Shown here: one piece after another, positions 14,107 through 29,617 of the stretch | Layout: every line of letters begins with the position of its first letter | Numbering within the stretch: position 1 is the first letter of the stretch | DNA from: the human T2T-CHM13v2.0 reference genome, Homo sapiens | NCBI RefSeq assembly: GCF_009914755.1 | Contig: NC_060938.1 | DNA length: 64,000 nt | Direction: 5' to 3' (one strand) | Made by a program: the position numbers and the translations under genes | The notes under the pieces: model-generated | The model's database searches: none | What the model was told of the DNA's origin: nothing | What the model saw: the letters and a program-made list of their open reading frames with translations, nothing else

Positions 14107-14720
14107 TACTATGGTTGGAATGTGTTACGTGTTGGAAACTTGGTTGCCACCGTAGCAGAGTTAAGGGGTAGGGCCTTTGGTAGACAATTGGCAATGAATG
14201 GATCAATGCCATTTTTGAATGAATGGGTTAGTTATCATGGGAATGGGTTCCTGACAAAGTCAGTCCCCTTCCTCTCTTTGTCTCATAGGCTCACTTCTGC
14301 CTTCTGCTCTTCCACCACGGGATGACTCCTCAGATGCTGATACCATGTTTTTGGATTTTCCAGCCTCCAGAATCATGAGCTGAATAAGCTATTTTCCTTT
14401 TTTTTTTTTTTGAGACAGAGTCTCACTCTGTCACCCAGGCTGGAGTGCAGTGGCGCGATCTCAGCTCACTGCAAGCTCCGCTTCCCGATAGCTGGGACTA
14501 CAGGCGCCTGCCACCACACCCAGCTAATTTTTTTGTATTTTTAGTAGACACAGGGTTTCACTGTGTTGGCCAGGATGGTCTCGATCTCCTGACCTTGTGA
14601 TCCACCTGCCTCGGCCTCCCAAAGTGTTGGCATTACAGGCATGAACCACGGCGCCTGGCCTAAACTATTTTCTTGACTCAGTCTGTGGAATTGTTACACC
14701 AACAGAAAATGACTAAAACA
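14107..14720 (+). mobile_element. MaLR solo LTR (MST-type) interrupted by AluY
   Basis: ctatggttggaatgtg...gttggaaact...ccagcctccagaatcatgagc...gactaaaaca. Confidence 0.75.
14398..14660 (-). mobile_element. AluY with an internal deletion of about 33 bp
   Basis: gcaagctccgc Y motif; ctccgcttcccg joins directly to atagctggg; TSD aa(g/a)ctattttc. Confidence 0.9.
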
Positions 14721-15887
14721 CACTGTGTTTTCACTTTGGTGTTAGATACTGTTTAGCATTATGTTATTGAGGTCTGTAATTTAGAGCTGAAATATTCAGA
14801 TGCCAACATGTCAGGAGATGAATTTGGAATCAAGTGCAATTCTCCTAATTGCTAATCAAATTCAATGTTATCCCCTTAAAAACCATTCCTAAGCCATACA
14901 CACTTCAGCTGAACTTAAAGGGTTAAAGGACGTCTGCCAGATTTCAGGAGAATTCTGTTGATCTCAACCTTTAGACTCTTTAGTACTAAAATATTTTGGA
15001 AGTTTCTACTTCACTGAGTGACATAATTTACACCTTTCATTCTAGGGTTGTCTTTACTGAACCACACAGTGGTGTTCTTATGTAGACAAAGCTACTGGAG
15101 TTTAGAAACAGGAAGAGCTAGAAACTCGCATTTTAAAGCTTACCCAGTGGGGTATTTCCTTAACTTTCCAAATTCTGACATGTGTTAGGTAGTCAGGAAA
15201 GAATAATGAAATTCCCCAGGAAAAGCGTTCCATAAATGGCAGCTGTTAAAATGTGGTTTTCTAGGTAGCTATGGGCCTGATTTCCATCCCATTCTTCTTA
15301 CCTCATGCAGGGCTGGTCTTAGGTTGCTTTTGCAGAGACAGATCTAGGGTCCTGCAGGAAAGCCAAAGCCTTCCAGAACAGCTCAACAATAGCTCAGCGG
15401 CTCTCCAGCACACCGCTGAGTCTCCTTCTGAGAGTGTGTGTCGGTGTCACACAAGAGCTATGCTAGTTTTCAATCGCTGCTCTCATCGGAAATAATGCCA
15501 GCTTCAATTAAGTCCTGTCAGCTCAGTCAGCACCATCTGATGAGGGGAAGGGGAGGAGGTACTTCTTCAGTGGAAAGAAAACACTAGGAACCACAACAGA
15601 GATACAAGGCCTAGCAAGGAGCCTTAAGTAAGAAAGGATAAGATCAGTGGTGTTGAAGATGAAAAAGGACAAGCGATTTCCGGAGGGTCCATCAAAAGTA
15701 GCTGCACAGTGTAGAGTTGTCAAGAAATTTGATTCGGCCCTGAAGGCCTGCAGGGGTGAAGAGGAGTTTGAGAGGTTCTGGTCCTGGGGCCCAGAGGGGA
15801 GTGGCAGATTTGAATTATGGGTTCACACCTGTAGCCTGTGGTCACCAAACCATGGCTGAGGGAGAGATGTGTGGGAATTAAAAGATC

Positions 15888-17451
<1,564 letters not shown>

Positions 17452-17729
17452 TATATGTACCTCTGTTCATGTATTTTCTCATTTGATCATGTTAATAATT
17501 CTGGGAGGTAGATAGGAAAGTTAATATTCCCATTACACGGATGGAAAAAACTGACTCTGAGGAATGTCCCACAGCTTGGAAATGAGTCTGGAAATACCAG
17601 AAGTTAAGATAAGAGCTCTGACCACGTTTAAGTCCCTGTTCCTACTAGTTCCTAAAGCCAGTTCAACTCACTGTCTTCTGCAAGTTGGGTGTTGTGAGCC
17701 AAGGAATTTTCTTCTTTTGCTTAAAGTAG

Positions 17730-18076
<347 letters not shown>

Positions 18077-20495
18077 TAATGCAGAGCCTCAGTGAATATG
18101 GGGTTACCTAGGTAATATTCAAATTCTCTACCAGCTCTGACTTTCTGCCACGTTTTGATTTTTAAACTAACTCTCTTCAGGTAGAGGGCACTGTAAACTT
18201 CAAGGTTTGCCTTTGAAACAGGAGGCTCTGCCTGTGCCGTGCTGTGCTGCAGGCACAGGATAAAGGAAAATTGTTCCTTCATCCCCTGGGTGCTGGCGGA
18301 GAAAGTCCCCGGTCAGAGAAGCTGGGAACTTTCTTTTGGAGGGGATTGGCTAGGTTTGCACCCATTTAGACATGGCCTTTTCTAAAGACAGTGACCCTTC
18401 ACTGTTCCTGTCACTGCCATTGCGATCTGTGTCATCAGCCTTGCTCACCGGCAGAGCAGATGCTCTGGGTGTAGTGGATCCTCCTCTTTCCCCTAGTCCT
18501 GTGGTGTCCCGACTGCTCCCAGTCAAACCCAGCCGAGTGACAGGAAGGGATTCCAACATTGGGCTCAAGCATGACTACTCCTGCTGCTGCTCTTCAGTGA
18601 GCACCCCTCCGTGCCCTGGGCCTCTGAGAAGCACTTCACATATTCATTCATTACTTTCACTGGTATTTGTTGAGAGCCCATCATGTGCCAGGATGATTCT
18701 TTTTTGTGTGGTTTATTTCATTTACTTCCTACAATTGGAATGCCCAAACAGACTGGCTCCAAGCCCACGCGCCTACCCCTGTGCCTTTCTGCTTCTCTCA
18801 TTCAAGTTTGCTAGACACTCAGTCTGCCCCAATCATTTTCCTACTTACTGGAGACCTGAAAAACTTGTCAATGACCTTCCCATGACCGGGATAACAATTT
18901 CTAAACTTGTCACTGCCTGTTATGTGTGGGTACAGATGTATTTCCCTTCCACTTTGATAGCATATGCATGAGTGTCACCTTTGTGCATGTTTTGATGAGC
19001 TTTAGGCTCCCTTCCTCCCCCCGCCCCTTCCTGTCTTTCTTTCTTTCTTATTTTCAAATTCATGCACTGGGACCTGCTCTACAAACTTGAGAGAAAAAGT
19101 GAAAGAACAAAGAAGGCAGAGCAATCTAAATACCGAAAGTGTTTTTTTTTTTTTTAAACTTCATGAATGGGGCCTTTGAACTCGCCAGCCATAGCTCCTT
19201 CCTAACCTGTACCTTTCATGTCCTGTTTCCAGCTGGCATGGAAAATCTGAGGTGCCCTGGTCCTGAGCCTGTGCTGAAACCTGGCCGTGGGTTGTGTCTC
19301 TCATTCCTCCATCAGCAGTGGCAGCCACAGTTGCTGGAGCGGAGGTGAGCCAGGCACTTCCTGCCAGGCGCTAAAGTCCATTGCAACAGTCACAGAACCA
19401 AGCTGGGAAGGGAAACAAGCCTGCATGAGCCTTTGCCCAATGTGCCCAAGGACAGCCACAACAAAAAAGGACGAGGAGAAATTCTTGCATCCAGTGGGCA
19501 TGGGGCTGGGGAGGAAGGGGGTGTTTCTGGGTGCTGGGACTTTCTGCCATGACTATAACCCAGGTTCTCAGCACAAGGGATGTGATTCATGGCCAAGAAA
19601 TTCCCCATGGCCTTGGATGACATTTACATTGATTACTTCTGAGTCACATTTCTGGGAGAATATTTTTTTTTTCTCACCAAAGGCAAACTGAAGGGAAAAT
19701 GGCATGGATAGTGGTTTGGAGACAACAGAGGAAATGGGGTCACTTGTGTTATTAGTAGAAGAGTTAAAGACATGCAAGAATGGAAAGAAAAACAAGGCCA
19801 AAAAGAAAGGACATTAAGAGGTGGGAATCATCTCCGAGTGGAATGAGGAGAATTGAGGTCTCAGGATTTGTAGTTTCATAACTCTGGGGATGAAGGGATG
19901 GGGGCAGCCGAAATGGACTCTGCCCTTTTGTCTCTTGTAACGACAGAAATTTAGAATGTAAGAGTTGGGGCCATCACTCACGCATTTATTTCACAAGTAT
20001 TTGTTGAGCACCTTTGGTCTTCCAGATTCTAGGCACGGGAGATGTAGTGGGGGAACAATGTAAAGTCCTGCCCTGGTGGCATTTATCTCAGTGGAAGAGA
20101 AAGACAACAAAGGAATGGCCAATCAAATGGTACATTTTAATTCGACCCTTTTGACTTATTAACAGAAATGCAACAGATCCAGGATGGTGAGAACATGCAC
20201 ACTTTGCTGCACCAGGGGGGAGGACAAAGGAATGTGACTCGTCAGTGGCACTGGACTTCAGCAGTTCAAAGGGTTGTCTTGGAGTCCTGACTCTCCCCTT
20301 TCCTGGAAGAATAGGCAGGGGTGTGGGCCTGCTTGGAAGGGGAAAAATAGAGGGTGTCCCTGATCCCCCTACTATGTATGTTCTAAGCCTCATCCAAGTA
20401 AAAGCCTTCTTAATGCAAATGTAGAAGATGTCAGTTAAACCATGAACTCCAGAAGTGTGTCTGAAAACAAGAAAGCAATGTCCCAAGTCCAGTAA

Positions 20496-20696
<201 letters not shown>

Positions 20697-21138
20697 TAGC
20701 ATGACTTCTGCTTGACTTGGAATAATAAATCTCAGGCTATGTCTTACAAAGCATTATTTGTGGCCAACAGGCAGGAATTTGCAAAGCAAAGGAAAGCAAT
20801 ATTGAGGAGTAGAATGCGCCAAGCATCAGTTATCAAAGATCTGGGTTCCCATCTGGGCTTGCCACTCACTGGCCCCCGGAGGGAGTCCTATAAGCTGGGT
20901 AGATGGAAAACAGAACATCAAGAGACCCAGGGAAGGACTCAACCAGGATGGGAACAGGCATGGCTAGAGAGAAGGTGGGCACCCGAAAAGACGAGATCAA
21001 CTGGACCAACATCAAGAGCTGCAGTGAGCGGCTGGGACCCCAGCATCTCCCAAACCTCCAAGAAGCCAGAGTGAAGGACAAGGACTGAGATGCTTCCAGA
21101 ACCTGAGTGACCCGGATTCAAGGAGGGCTGGGAGGGTG

Positions 21139-21315
21139 CAGGGGTGTCCAATCTTTTGGCTTCCCTGGGCCACACTGGAAGAAGATTCGTCTTGGGCCGC
21201 AGATAAAATACACTAACGATAGCTGATGAGAAAAAAAAAAAAACCTCAAAAATAATCTCATAATGTTTTAAGAAAGTTTATGAGTTTGTGTCAGGCTGCG
21301 GGTTGGACAAACTTG
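21139..21315 (+). mobile_element. MER30 hAT-Charlie MITE
   Basis: caggggtgtccaatcttttggcttccctgggccac...gggttggacaaacttg. Confidence 0.88.
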
Positions 21316-21590
21316 GTCTAGAGGAAGAGCTGAAGGCTGCCTGGCTACCCTGCTGCTGAGAGGAAGGCAGTTTTGCCTGACTGGAGCCTGTATTTTCTAA
21401 ACCCAGGGCAGAACTCCCCAACACCCTTGGGCCACACACCCTCTCTGGCCATCTGCCTGCTGTCTTGACCCTACCTTCTGGACCACCCTTCAAGGCTCTG
21501 TCCTCCCAACTGACCTCCCAGGAACTGCTACACAGCAATTCATCCAGGACAGGTAGCCTCAGAGTGAAGTCTTTATTAAAGCCAGTAACA

Positions 21591-21854
21591 ACTTTGGGAG
21601 GCCGAGGCGGGCGGATCACGAGGTCAGGAGATTGAGACCACGGTGAAACCCCGTCTCTACTAAAAATACAAAAAAAAAAAAAAAAAAAAATTAGCCGGGC
21701 GTGGTGGCAGGCGCCTGTAGTCCCAGCTACTCAGGAGGCTGAGGCAGGAGAATGGCTTGAACACAGGAGGCAGAGCTTGCAGTGAGCCGAGATCGTGCCA
21801 CTGCACTCCAGCCTGGGCGATAGAGCGAGAGCGAGACGACGTCTCAAAAAAAAA
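21591..21854 (+). mobile_element. AluYd-type, 5'-truncated, with expanded middle A-run
   Basis: 12-bp deletion gagacca^cggtgaaacccc; gagcttgcagtgagccgag; imperfect TSD aaagcc..taaca. Confidence 0.85.
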
Positions 21855-21877
21855 GCCGATAACAAAACATGACAATA

Positions 21878-21980
21878 ACGAGAGAGGGAGGGAGAGATAG
21901 AGAAAGAGAGATAGAGAGAGAGAGAGGAAAGGTAGGAATGGAGGGGAAGGGAAGAAAAGGAAAAGTGGAAGGAGAGAGAC
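21878..21980 (+). repeat. GA-rich low-complexity tract
   Basis: Direct reading. Confidence 0.8.
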
Positions 21981-22156
21981 AGCCATGGGAAGTCTTCAGC
22001 TAAAGGCTGGCTGAGGCTGGAGCCAGAAGAGCCAGCAGCAGGTGAGAGTGGGTAACGCTAACCAAAGAGAGAGTTGGAACCAGCCCAGCGCTTCCTGATA
22101 ATCTCCAGGGACCACCAAGGTGCAGCTCGACCAGACTCTCCCCAGCAACTCTCTTC

Positions 22157-22981
<825 letters not shown>

Positions 22982-23078
22982 CCTAAGGCTTCTTTCTATC
23001 TGTCTGGCTTCAGGCCACCCACCAAAGCCAATCAGAAGTGGCAGATCAAAGCTTTGCTGGTTGCAGAGAATATGATTT

Positions 23079-23082
<4 letters not shown>

Positions 23083-23132
<50 letters not shown>
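23083..23132 (+). repeat. (GT)n microsatellite, about 25 units
   Basis: Direct reading. Confidence 0.97.
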
Positions 23133-23134
<2 letters not shown>

Positions 23135-25149
23135 GAGAAATGTAGATGTTGTACTTATAGCTCCAAGAAAAGGGATTTGTGTTTCATAGGTCAGGGCTAA
23201 AAAGGGTCTCTTAGCTTGGTGGCCATCCAACAATATGAATTAAGCCAGACCCAGCAGAATCTGTGATTGAGTAAATACCCATAATGTACTCCCGTATATG
23301 CTGTGTGCTCTACAGTTCCTTACCTGGAAATGAGATAAATTACTATTATTGTTGTTACTATTACTTTTTCTTGAAAAAGGAGACAGAGCATGTGATGTGC
23401 TGCTGGCTTAAATCAGTGAGGGGTGTTATGAGAGACATTCAGGGTGAACCTCTGAGCCCATCATGTCTCTGGTTAAAGAAACAGAGAATCTGTACCCTGG
23501 CTGGCAGCCTGGTGATTGCTGAGAGACAGAGGGGAATGCCTAGGACGAAAATGTCCCAGAAGTGGTGGTCTAGCCTTACCAGGGACCAGCGGAAGCCCAT
23601 TATCAACATGAATTGCATTTCTTTGTCATTTTTAAATAATTGTTTTATTTCAGAAATGATATTAAAATAACAGAAGGCCAAAACAAAAATATCCCCAATC
23701 CCATCCTGAAATCAAATCAATGACAAGTATGCATGATATACATCAAATATAAAATTCTGTCCATGATGTTATTGAGAATACCAAGCCTGCATGTGGACAT
23801 CCCCAGGCAGGTGACACCAGCAAATCACTGTGGGTTTTCTCAGACTCAAGCCCACCCATCCTATCCTCCACCAAGTTTTCAGACACTTATCAAGATGCTG
23901 TGGCTTTGAAACCATGAAGGAAGGAAACCCAAAGCTCAGCCAAACTCCAACTATTCTCATTCTTCCTCTCCCATGTGCCAGTCTACCCCTTTGAAACATT
24001 TCCAAAGTTCTCCTTGGGAGGCAGAGCTGCTACATTGTGTCTTGGCCCCTTGATTTGATGGCAGTGAATGAATCAAGTTTATACGTTTGCCACCAAACAA
24101 ATGGAGCTTCATCTGTGGTTGTTTGTACATGTGTATGCTTTTGCATTTCAATGGCTTCTTCCTTCCCTAACCTAATCTGCTAAATGCAACATTTACAACC
24201 AGCCTTGCAGGCATTATTTGCCCCCGACTGGGCCCTGATCACCTCAAATAAAGGCTGCCAGCTTCCCCTGCCAGAAGCAAGAGGCACCGGGAAAAATGGA
24301 AATTGGACGATAGTCTTGTATACTCTCTGCTCTGCCATGAATGGCCTTCAACAGGAAACCAATCAATGGAATCAAAAGAACACAGTTTCCTGTTAACATA
24401 GAGCGATGCCAAATCCACCAGACTTATCGTTTCATGCCCTGTGCCAGTCATTGTCAACTATAGTGTAAGTAATAACATATGACTGGAGTTGTGGTTTTAG
24501 TAGAAGATTCTTTTGCTTTTGGCACTGTGCACACACCTTCATATGCTTTATTGCCCTTGCCCAAACCTAGGGAGCTTTCTTTTCTTTTGAGATTTCTTTT
24601 CCCCTAAAGAACTATTTCTGGCTGTTTTGCTGCATACCAGTTCTTAAAACCCTAGCCAGCCGACTCTTAATTCTCGACAGTCTTTTCTTAAGCAACACTT
24701 TATATATATATATGTATACATATACATATATATAAAATAATAATAATAATTATTATTATTGCATCACATGGGGCTAAAATAAACCCACTGTGTATTGGCT
24801 CTTCCACAATCCTGCTTTTCCTCTGAAAATGGCTAGTTCCCTAAGACTGGCTTTGGGAGAGAAAACCTCTCACATAATATTTTTCTTACTTTCCAGGCTG
24901 ATCTTGAAGGTGATGATAGGTCATAAGCCGCAGCCTCTGCAAGGATGTTACAACCCCTGGAGCAGGCGGAAAGTACATGTGTGCTTGGAATGCAACAAAA
25001 GGGAAAAGTCACTAGTGTGGTTTGGACAGGGCCTTGCATTTTTAACCCTTTACCCAAACCTAAAGAAAACACAACTCTGTTAGCAACTTAGAAGTTTTTT
25101 CCTAGAGTGACATGATTAAGGTGGGGGTGTGACTAGTTATCTGAGTCAT

Positions 25150-25420
25150 TTTTTTCAGACAGTTTGGCTTAGTGGTTAAGAGCTTTGGTACCAGATGGAA
25201 TGGGTTCAAATCCCAACTCTCTCCCTTAACATCTGCATGATTCTGGGAAAGTTGATAAAGTTTCTGATGCTCACATTCCTCGTCTATAAAAGAGAGAAAA
25301 CACTTGTGTTCTGGGGTTGTCCTCAAGAATATGAGTAAAGAACTGGGGTTTTCCTCTCTGCCTTTAGCAGTAAGGACGCCTTTAGCAGTAAGTGTACCTG
25401 GTAAGTGCTCAGTGAGTGGC
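25150..25420 (+). mobile_element. MIR
   Basis: tagtggttaagagc...tgggttcaaatccca...gtacctggtaagtgctcagt. Confidence 0.7.
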
Positions 25421-26317
25421 ATCATGATTATGAGGCAAGCACTGACCCCTGCTCCAATCCTGCTGGCGTTCAAGGCTTTGACTCAAGTCACCTCTCGTTT
25501 TGTATGGTTTAGTCAGGTGAACCAATAACCAATGTATTAGCAATGCATTTCTTGGTTCTCAGAAGATGGTATTAAGCCTCTGATGCTAGCACATTAGGAA
25601 GTGATCATGTGGAAATGTGGAATTATCAGACACACGGCTACCTGGGAGAGAGAGTAGGGGGTTGGAGATGAAAAATAATTGGTGGAAAGGTCTTCATTTT
25701 TCTCCCATTCCCTCATGGGCATGCAGGAACAACTGATTACTGTGTGTGTGTGTATGTGTGTGTGTGTGTGCATATGTGGTCTTTGTATTCCTTTCTTTGG
25801 TTGAGCCCTAAGAAAACTTTCAGTACAGTGTCCCAGGAAGTTACCACCAATAGATAGAAATTAACCTTTTATATGAAACTTTCTTTCCATCCCATCTAAG
25901 GCTGGCTGGTGAAGGTGGAAGCCTTTTTTGTTTCAAAAAAAGGTCTGTGTGTGCTGGTTTCTACTTGAAGCTAAAAGTTTTAAGTGCTTTTGTCTTCTGT
26001 ACCCAGGTCTGTTGGCAGAAAATCTCGTATGACTTCCCCCAAGTCCATCTAAGAGAGAAGTTGCTTGCTTGCCATATTATCTTGGCTTCTTCCTACTACC
26101 AACCCCAGCACCAAGGACCATTTCACAAAAGAATCCCTCTCCTCGAGACTCAGTTTCCCTTTGGTGTGTCAGGACCTTAGCTTGAGAATGAGAAGAAATC
26201 CCTGCAAAATAGAAAAGTTGAAGTCTACAGTCTGATTGGTTTGGATTGAGAGAAAGAAAGCAAGTAACTACTTTGGGTATACAAGTTTAACCCAGAGAAA
26301 TTATGTTTCCTTATTTG

Positions 26318-26605
26318 GGGTGGTGGTAGTGGTGGTAATGGTAGTAATGGTAGTACTGGTGATAGTAGAAATGGTAGTGATGATGGAGGTAGTGCTGGTG
26401 GTAATAACGGCAATAATAATGGTAGTGATGTTGCTGGTGTTGGTGGCAGTGGTGTTTTTGTTGGTAGTGCTGGTTGTGGTGGTGATGTTATTGGTAGTGG
26501 TTGGTGTTGGTGGTGGTAGTGGTGAAGGTAGTGATGATAGTGGTGGTAGTGGTGGTGGTGGTGGAGGTAGTGGTGATAGTGGCAGTAGTGGTGGTGGTGG
26601 TGGTG
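26318..26605 (+). repeat. Degenerate (GGT/GTA/GTG)n trinucleotide repeat
   Basis: About 290 bp of GTN-type triplets; source of the spurious V/G-rich and P/T-rich ORFs. Confidence 0.93.
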
Positions 26606-28689
26606 ACATTGAGCATACAGTAGAGGGTAGTTTTTCTCACCACATCTTCCATACCTGAGGCATTATCACCAACAGGTTCTATTTTTTCTCACTGTAATGC
26701 ACCTCAGCCAAATATGCCTTTAGAATATAAAGAATATGAGATGAAAACCCACACACACAGATTTACTCGATTTTCTCCTGCCCCTTGGCTAAGTAAAAAT
26801 CACCTACCAAGTTGCCAGTCCCTCTCCCTTACTTTCCAGGAGAGCATCTGATAGCTTCTCTTCTTTTTTTTCTCCTTCTCCACCCCCACTTCCTTCTCCT
26901 CTTTGTCATCCTCCTCTTTTTCCTTCTTCTTCCCTGTCTCCAAATTAATCTTAGCAGGGAGTCCTGAAGCAAATTATCATGTTACAAGCCTAAATGTGAT
27001 AGCTTGTCATCTTTCATTATTTTTGACATAAACAAAACTGTCAGAATTCTCTGAGACCTGTCTTTGGTTCAGGGTGTTCTCTTTGAGGCCAGGGGATATA
27101 TAAGGATTACAAAAAGGAGAGTTGCTCCAACATAATGAAAAGAATGTAATGGAAGGTTGGCAATGATCTCCAATTCCAGACTAGTGTGCACTTTTAGACC
27201 ATTGCATTTGAAGGGGCTACTGATTAAGGCTGTAAAATGTTTGCATAATTGTGGTTTATTTTATAGAGTAGAGGTCCAGGGTCACTTCATTACCCAGATT
27301 CATTATTTTGTGTATTCCCACCCCCACCCCACCCCACTGCAATTTCCTTGAATACTTAGATTTGATAAGCAATTAAAAAATAACTGTCTGGCTTGTTTTC
27401 TGAAGATTGGTGCTTTCCACGGACTGAGTTGCCGAAGACCGGGAGAGTGTGTTTTCATATGGAAGGTCACATCTATGCATCAGAGGCTATTTATCTTTTT
27501 CTGGCCATTCATTTAGAGCAGCCGCAGTTTTCTGAAGAAGCCACATGCACCACACTCCAACAGCAGAGAATGATTCGGTTCAGAGTGGGTAATGGCAGGG
27601 CCATGGTCTTGGTTTAGGGATATTTCAGAACTTTAATATTTTGGTAACCCATGCTCTATAAATCATTGAATTACATCAAGTCTATTTAAAACCCCTCTGG
27701 GCAGCTGTTTAAAATGCTGTCACTGCAGTAAGCAATGTCCTTAGAGTCACATGGCAGGTCGGGGCCAAGAAGGGGATGGGTTTTGTTTGTGTTTCTTTAA
27801 CTCCAGTTAGGTTTACCCTTTGACTCTCCACTTCTGTGAATAGTCCCTCCATTTCCAGTTATTTTAAAGTCAGAATATGAAGGCCGCTTAGTCCATCGGG
27901 GTTAAGCCTTCCCATCAAATCAAATTCTTCTTCCTTGCATTCTTCTCTTCAAGCCATTTAGTGAAACAAGCACAAATTGTTAACTTCAGATTAATATGTT
28001 TAATAAGTGAAATCTGGACTATTTCAGGAAGGCAGGCAGGCCAGCAGTCTGGAGGATTGGTTGCAGCTGAGGGTTCCCGTGGGCTTCTCCTGGGTCATTG
28101 CTGGGAGCTGAGACCACCTGTGGAGCACCTGTGGGCAAGGCGGGCCTAATTACCCCAGAGATCCTGGCTTTGCTGGTCTTGCTCTCTGGCCTCCAGATTT
28201 GCTCTGATTCTGACAATGCAGTGGGTATCAGAGCTCAGGTCCAGAGGAAAAGCCTGGAGTGAGTGAGGCTGCGAGCTTCCTCTTCAGAACTCTGCATGCT
28301 TATCGGGGTGTAATGCCTGCCTCCTGCTGCTGCTCCAAGCTCCTCCAGGAGAAGGACGCTGCTTCTGCCTGGTCCAGGATCGTATCAGGGTCTGGGTAAG
28401 CATGTGCTTGAGTGCACAAAAAGAAAAATGTAGCGTCAGCAATCTTGTTCAGAGTTTTTCGATCCGAAAAAAATACAAATTAAGAATGGAATGTGCTACT
28501 TTAATTTTAGCAGACATAAATATTGTAACCTTAACAAAATCAAATTTCATTTTGAATTCCACACTGCATGCGGGGTGGGAAGAGGACATCCTTATCTTTT
28601 CAGAGCCTTGGGCCCCACAGTGGTCTTTATCCTTCTCTGGCACATAGTGGGCACTTAATAAATTATCCAATCAGTTCATGAATACTACA

Positions 28690-28830
28690 AACTAAAAACA
28701 GGGGCTTTGAAGTCAAGATCTGAGTCTGACTCTTAGCATCCCACTAACTCGCTGTATGACCTTGGACAGATAGGACAACCCTTTTGAGTTTCAGGTTAAT
28801 TTGTTGGGAGGATTAGGTGAGATAACGCAT
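28690..28830 (+). mobile_element. MIR
   Basis: ggctttgaagtcaagatctgagtc...ctgtatgaccttggaca. Confidence 0.65.
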
Positions 28831-29137
28831 GCTATATATTATATATGTGGTCTCTATTAATAAGGAATGGTATATATCTAGCATAAAGTATGCCCTCCAT
28901 TGGATGTGCCCCCGGGGCACCCATAACTGTCCTGTCTTGAGAGACAAGTGCTGGCTTTACCTCTGCCTTTGCAGGTTAAGGAAAGAGGGCAGAGGGGAGG
29001 GGAGGCGGCCCAACTTTCTGTGCCTGTCAAGGCAGGGTTGGGTAGCTGCGGGCTAGGAGGAGGATGCAGGCTCAGCTTCTGCCCCCGCCCACAGCCTGCA
29101 AACCGAGGAAGGCTGGCCCGCGGCTCTCAGGCAGTTC

Positions 29138-29180
29138 TGGCTCCGGCTCTGGCTCCGGCTCCGGCTCCGGGTCGGGCTCC
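29138..29180 (+). repeat. (GGCTCC)n hexamer repeat, imperfect
   Basis: tggctccggctctggctccggctccggctccgggtcgggctcc. Confidence 0.9.
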
Positions 29181-29299
29181 CAGGCAGCGGCTCGGGCAGG
29201 CGGCCTTGTGGCTCCGCAACCCAACCTCTTCCCCTCCGGGCGCCTCCCGGCTCCGGGGTCCTGCTGCCTCTGGGACCTCCTCACCCCCAGACGTTGCTG

Positions 29300-29301
<2 letters not shown>

Positions 29302-29339
<38 letters not shown>

Positions 29340-29617
29340 TGGAGTTTTGCTCTTGTTGCCCAGGCTGGAGTGCAGTGGCAGCAATCTCGACTCACTGCAA
29401 CCTCCGCCTCCGGGTTCAAGCGATTCTCCTGCCTCAGCCTCCCGAGCAACTGAGATTACAGGCGCCTGCCACCACGCCCGGCTAATTTTTGTATTTTTAG
29501 TGGGGACGGGATTTCACCATGTTGATCAGGCTGGTCTCGAACTACTGACCTCAGATGATCCACCCGCCTCGGGCTCCCAAAGTGCTGAGATTACAGTCGT
29601 GAGCCACCGCGCCAGCC
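29302..29617 (-). mobile_element. AluSq-like, with tail replaced by (CA)n [(GT)n at 29302-29338]
   Basis: gctcttgttgcccagg motif; TSD cgttgctgta on both sides. Confidence 0.92.

Noticed and set aside
18372-18971. 199-aa ORF
   Set aside because: No recognisable domain, crosses an L2-like fragment, no convincing exon structure
20903-21088. 61-aa ORF after a TATAAG
   Set aside because: ATG too close to the putative TATA; no homology recognised
26105-26121. REST/RE1-like ccagcaccaaggacca
   Set aside because: Right half deviates from GGACAG; too weak alone
26236-26658. V/G-rich and P/T-rich ORFs
   Set aside because: Translations of the (GGT)n simple repeat
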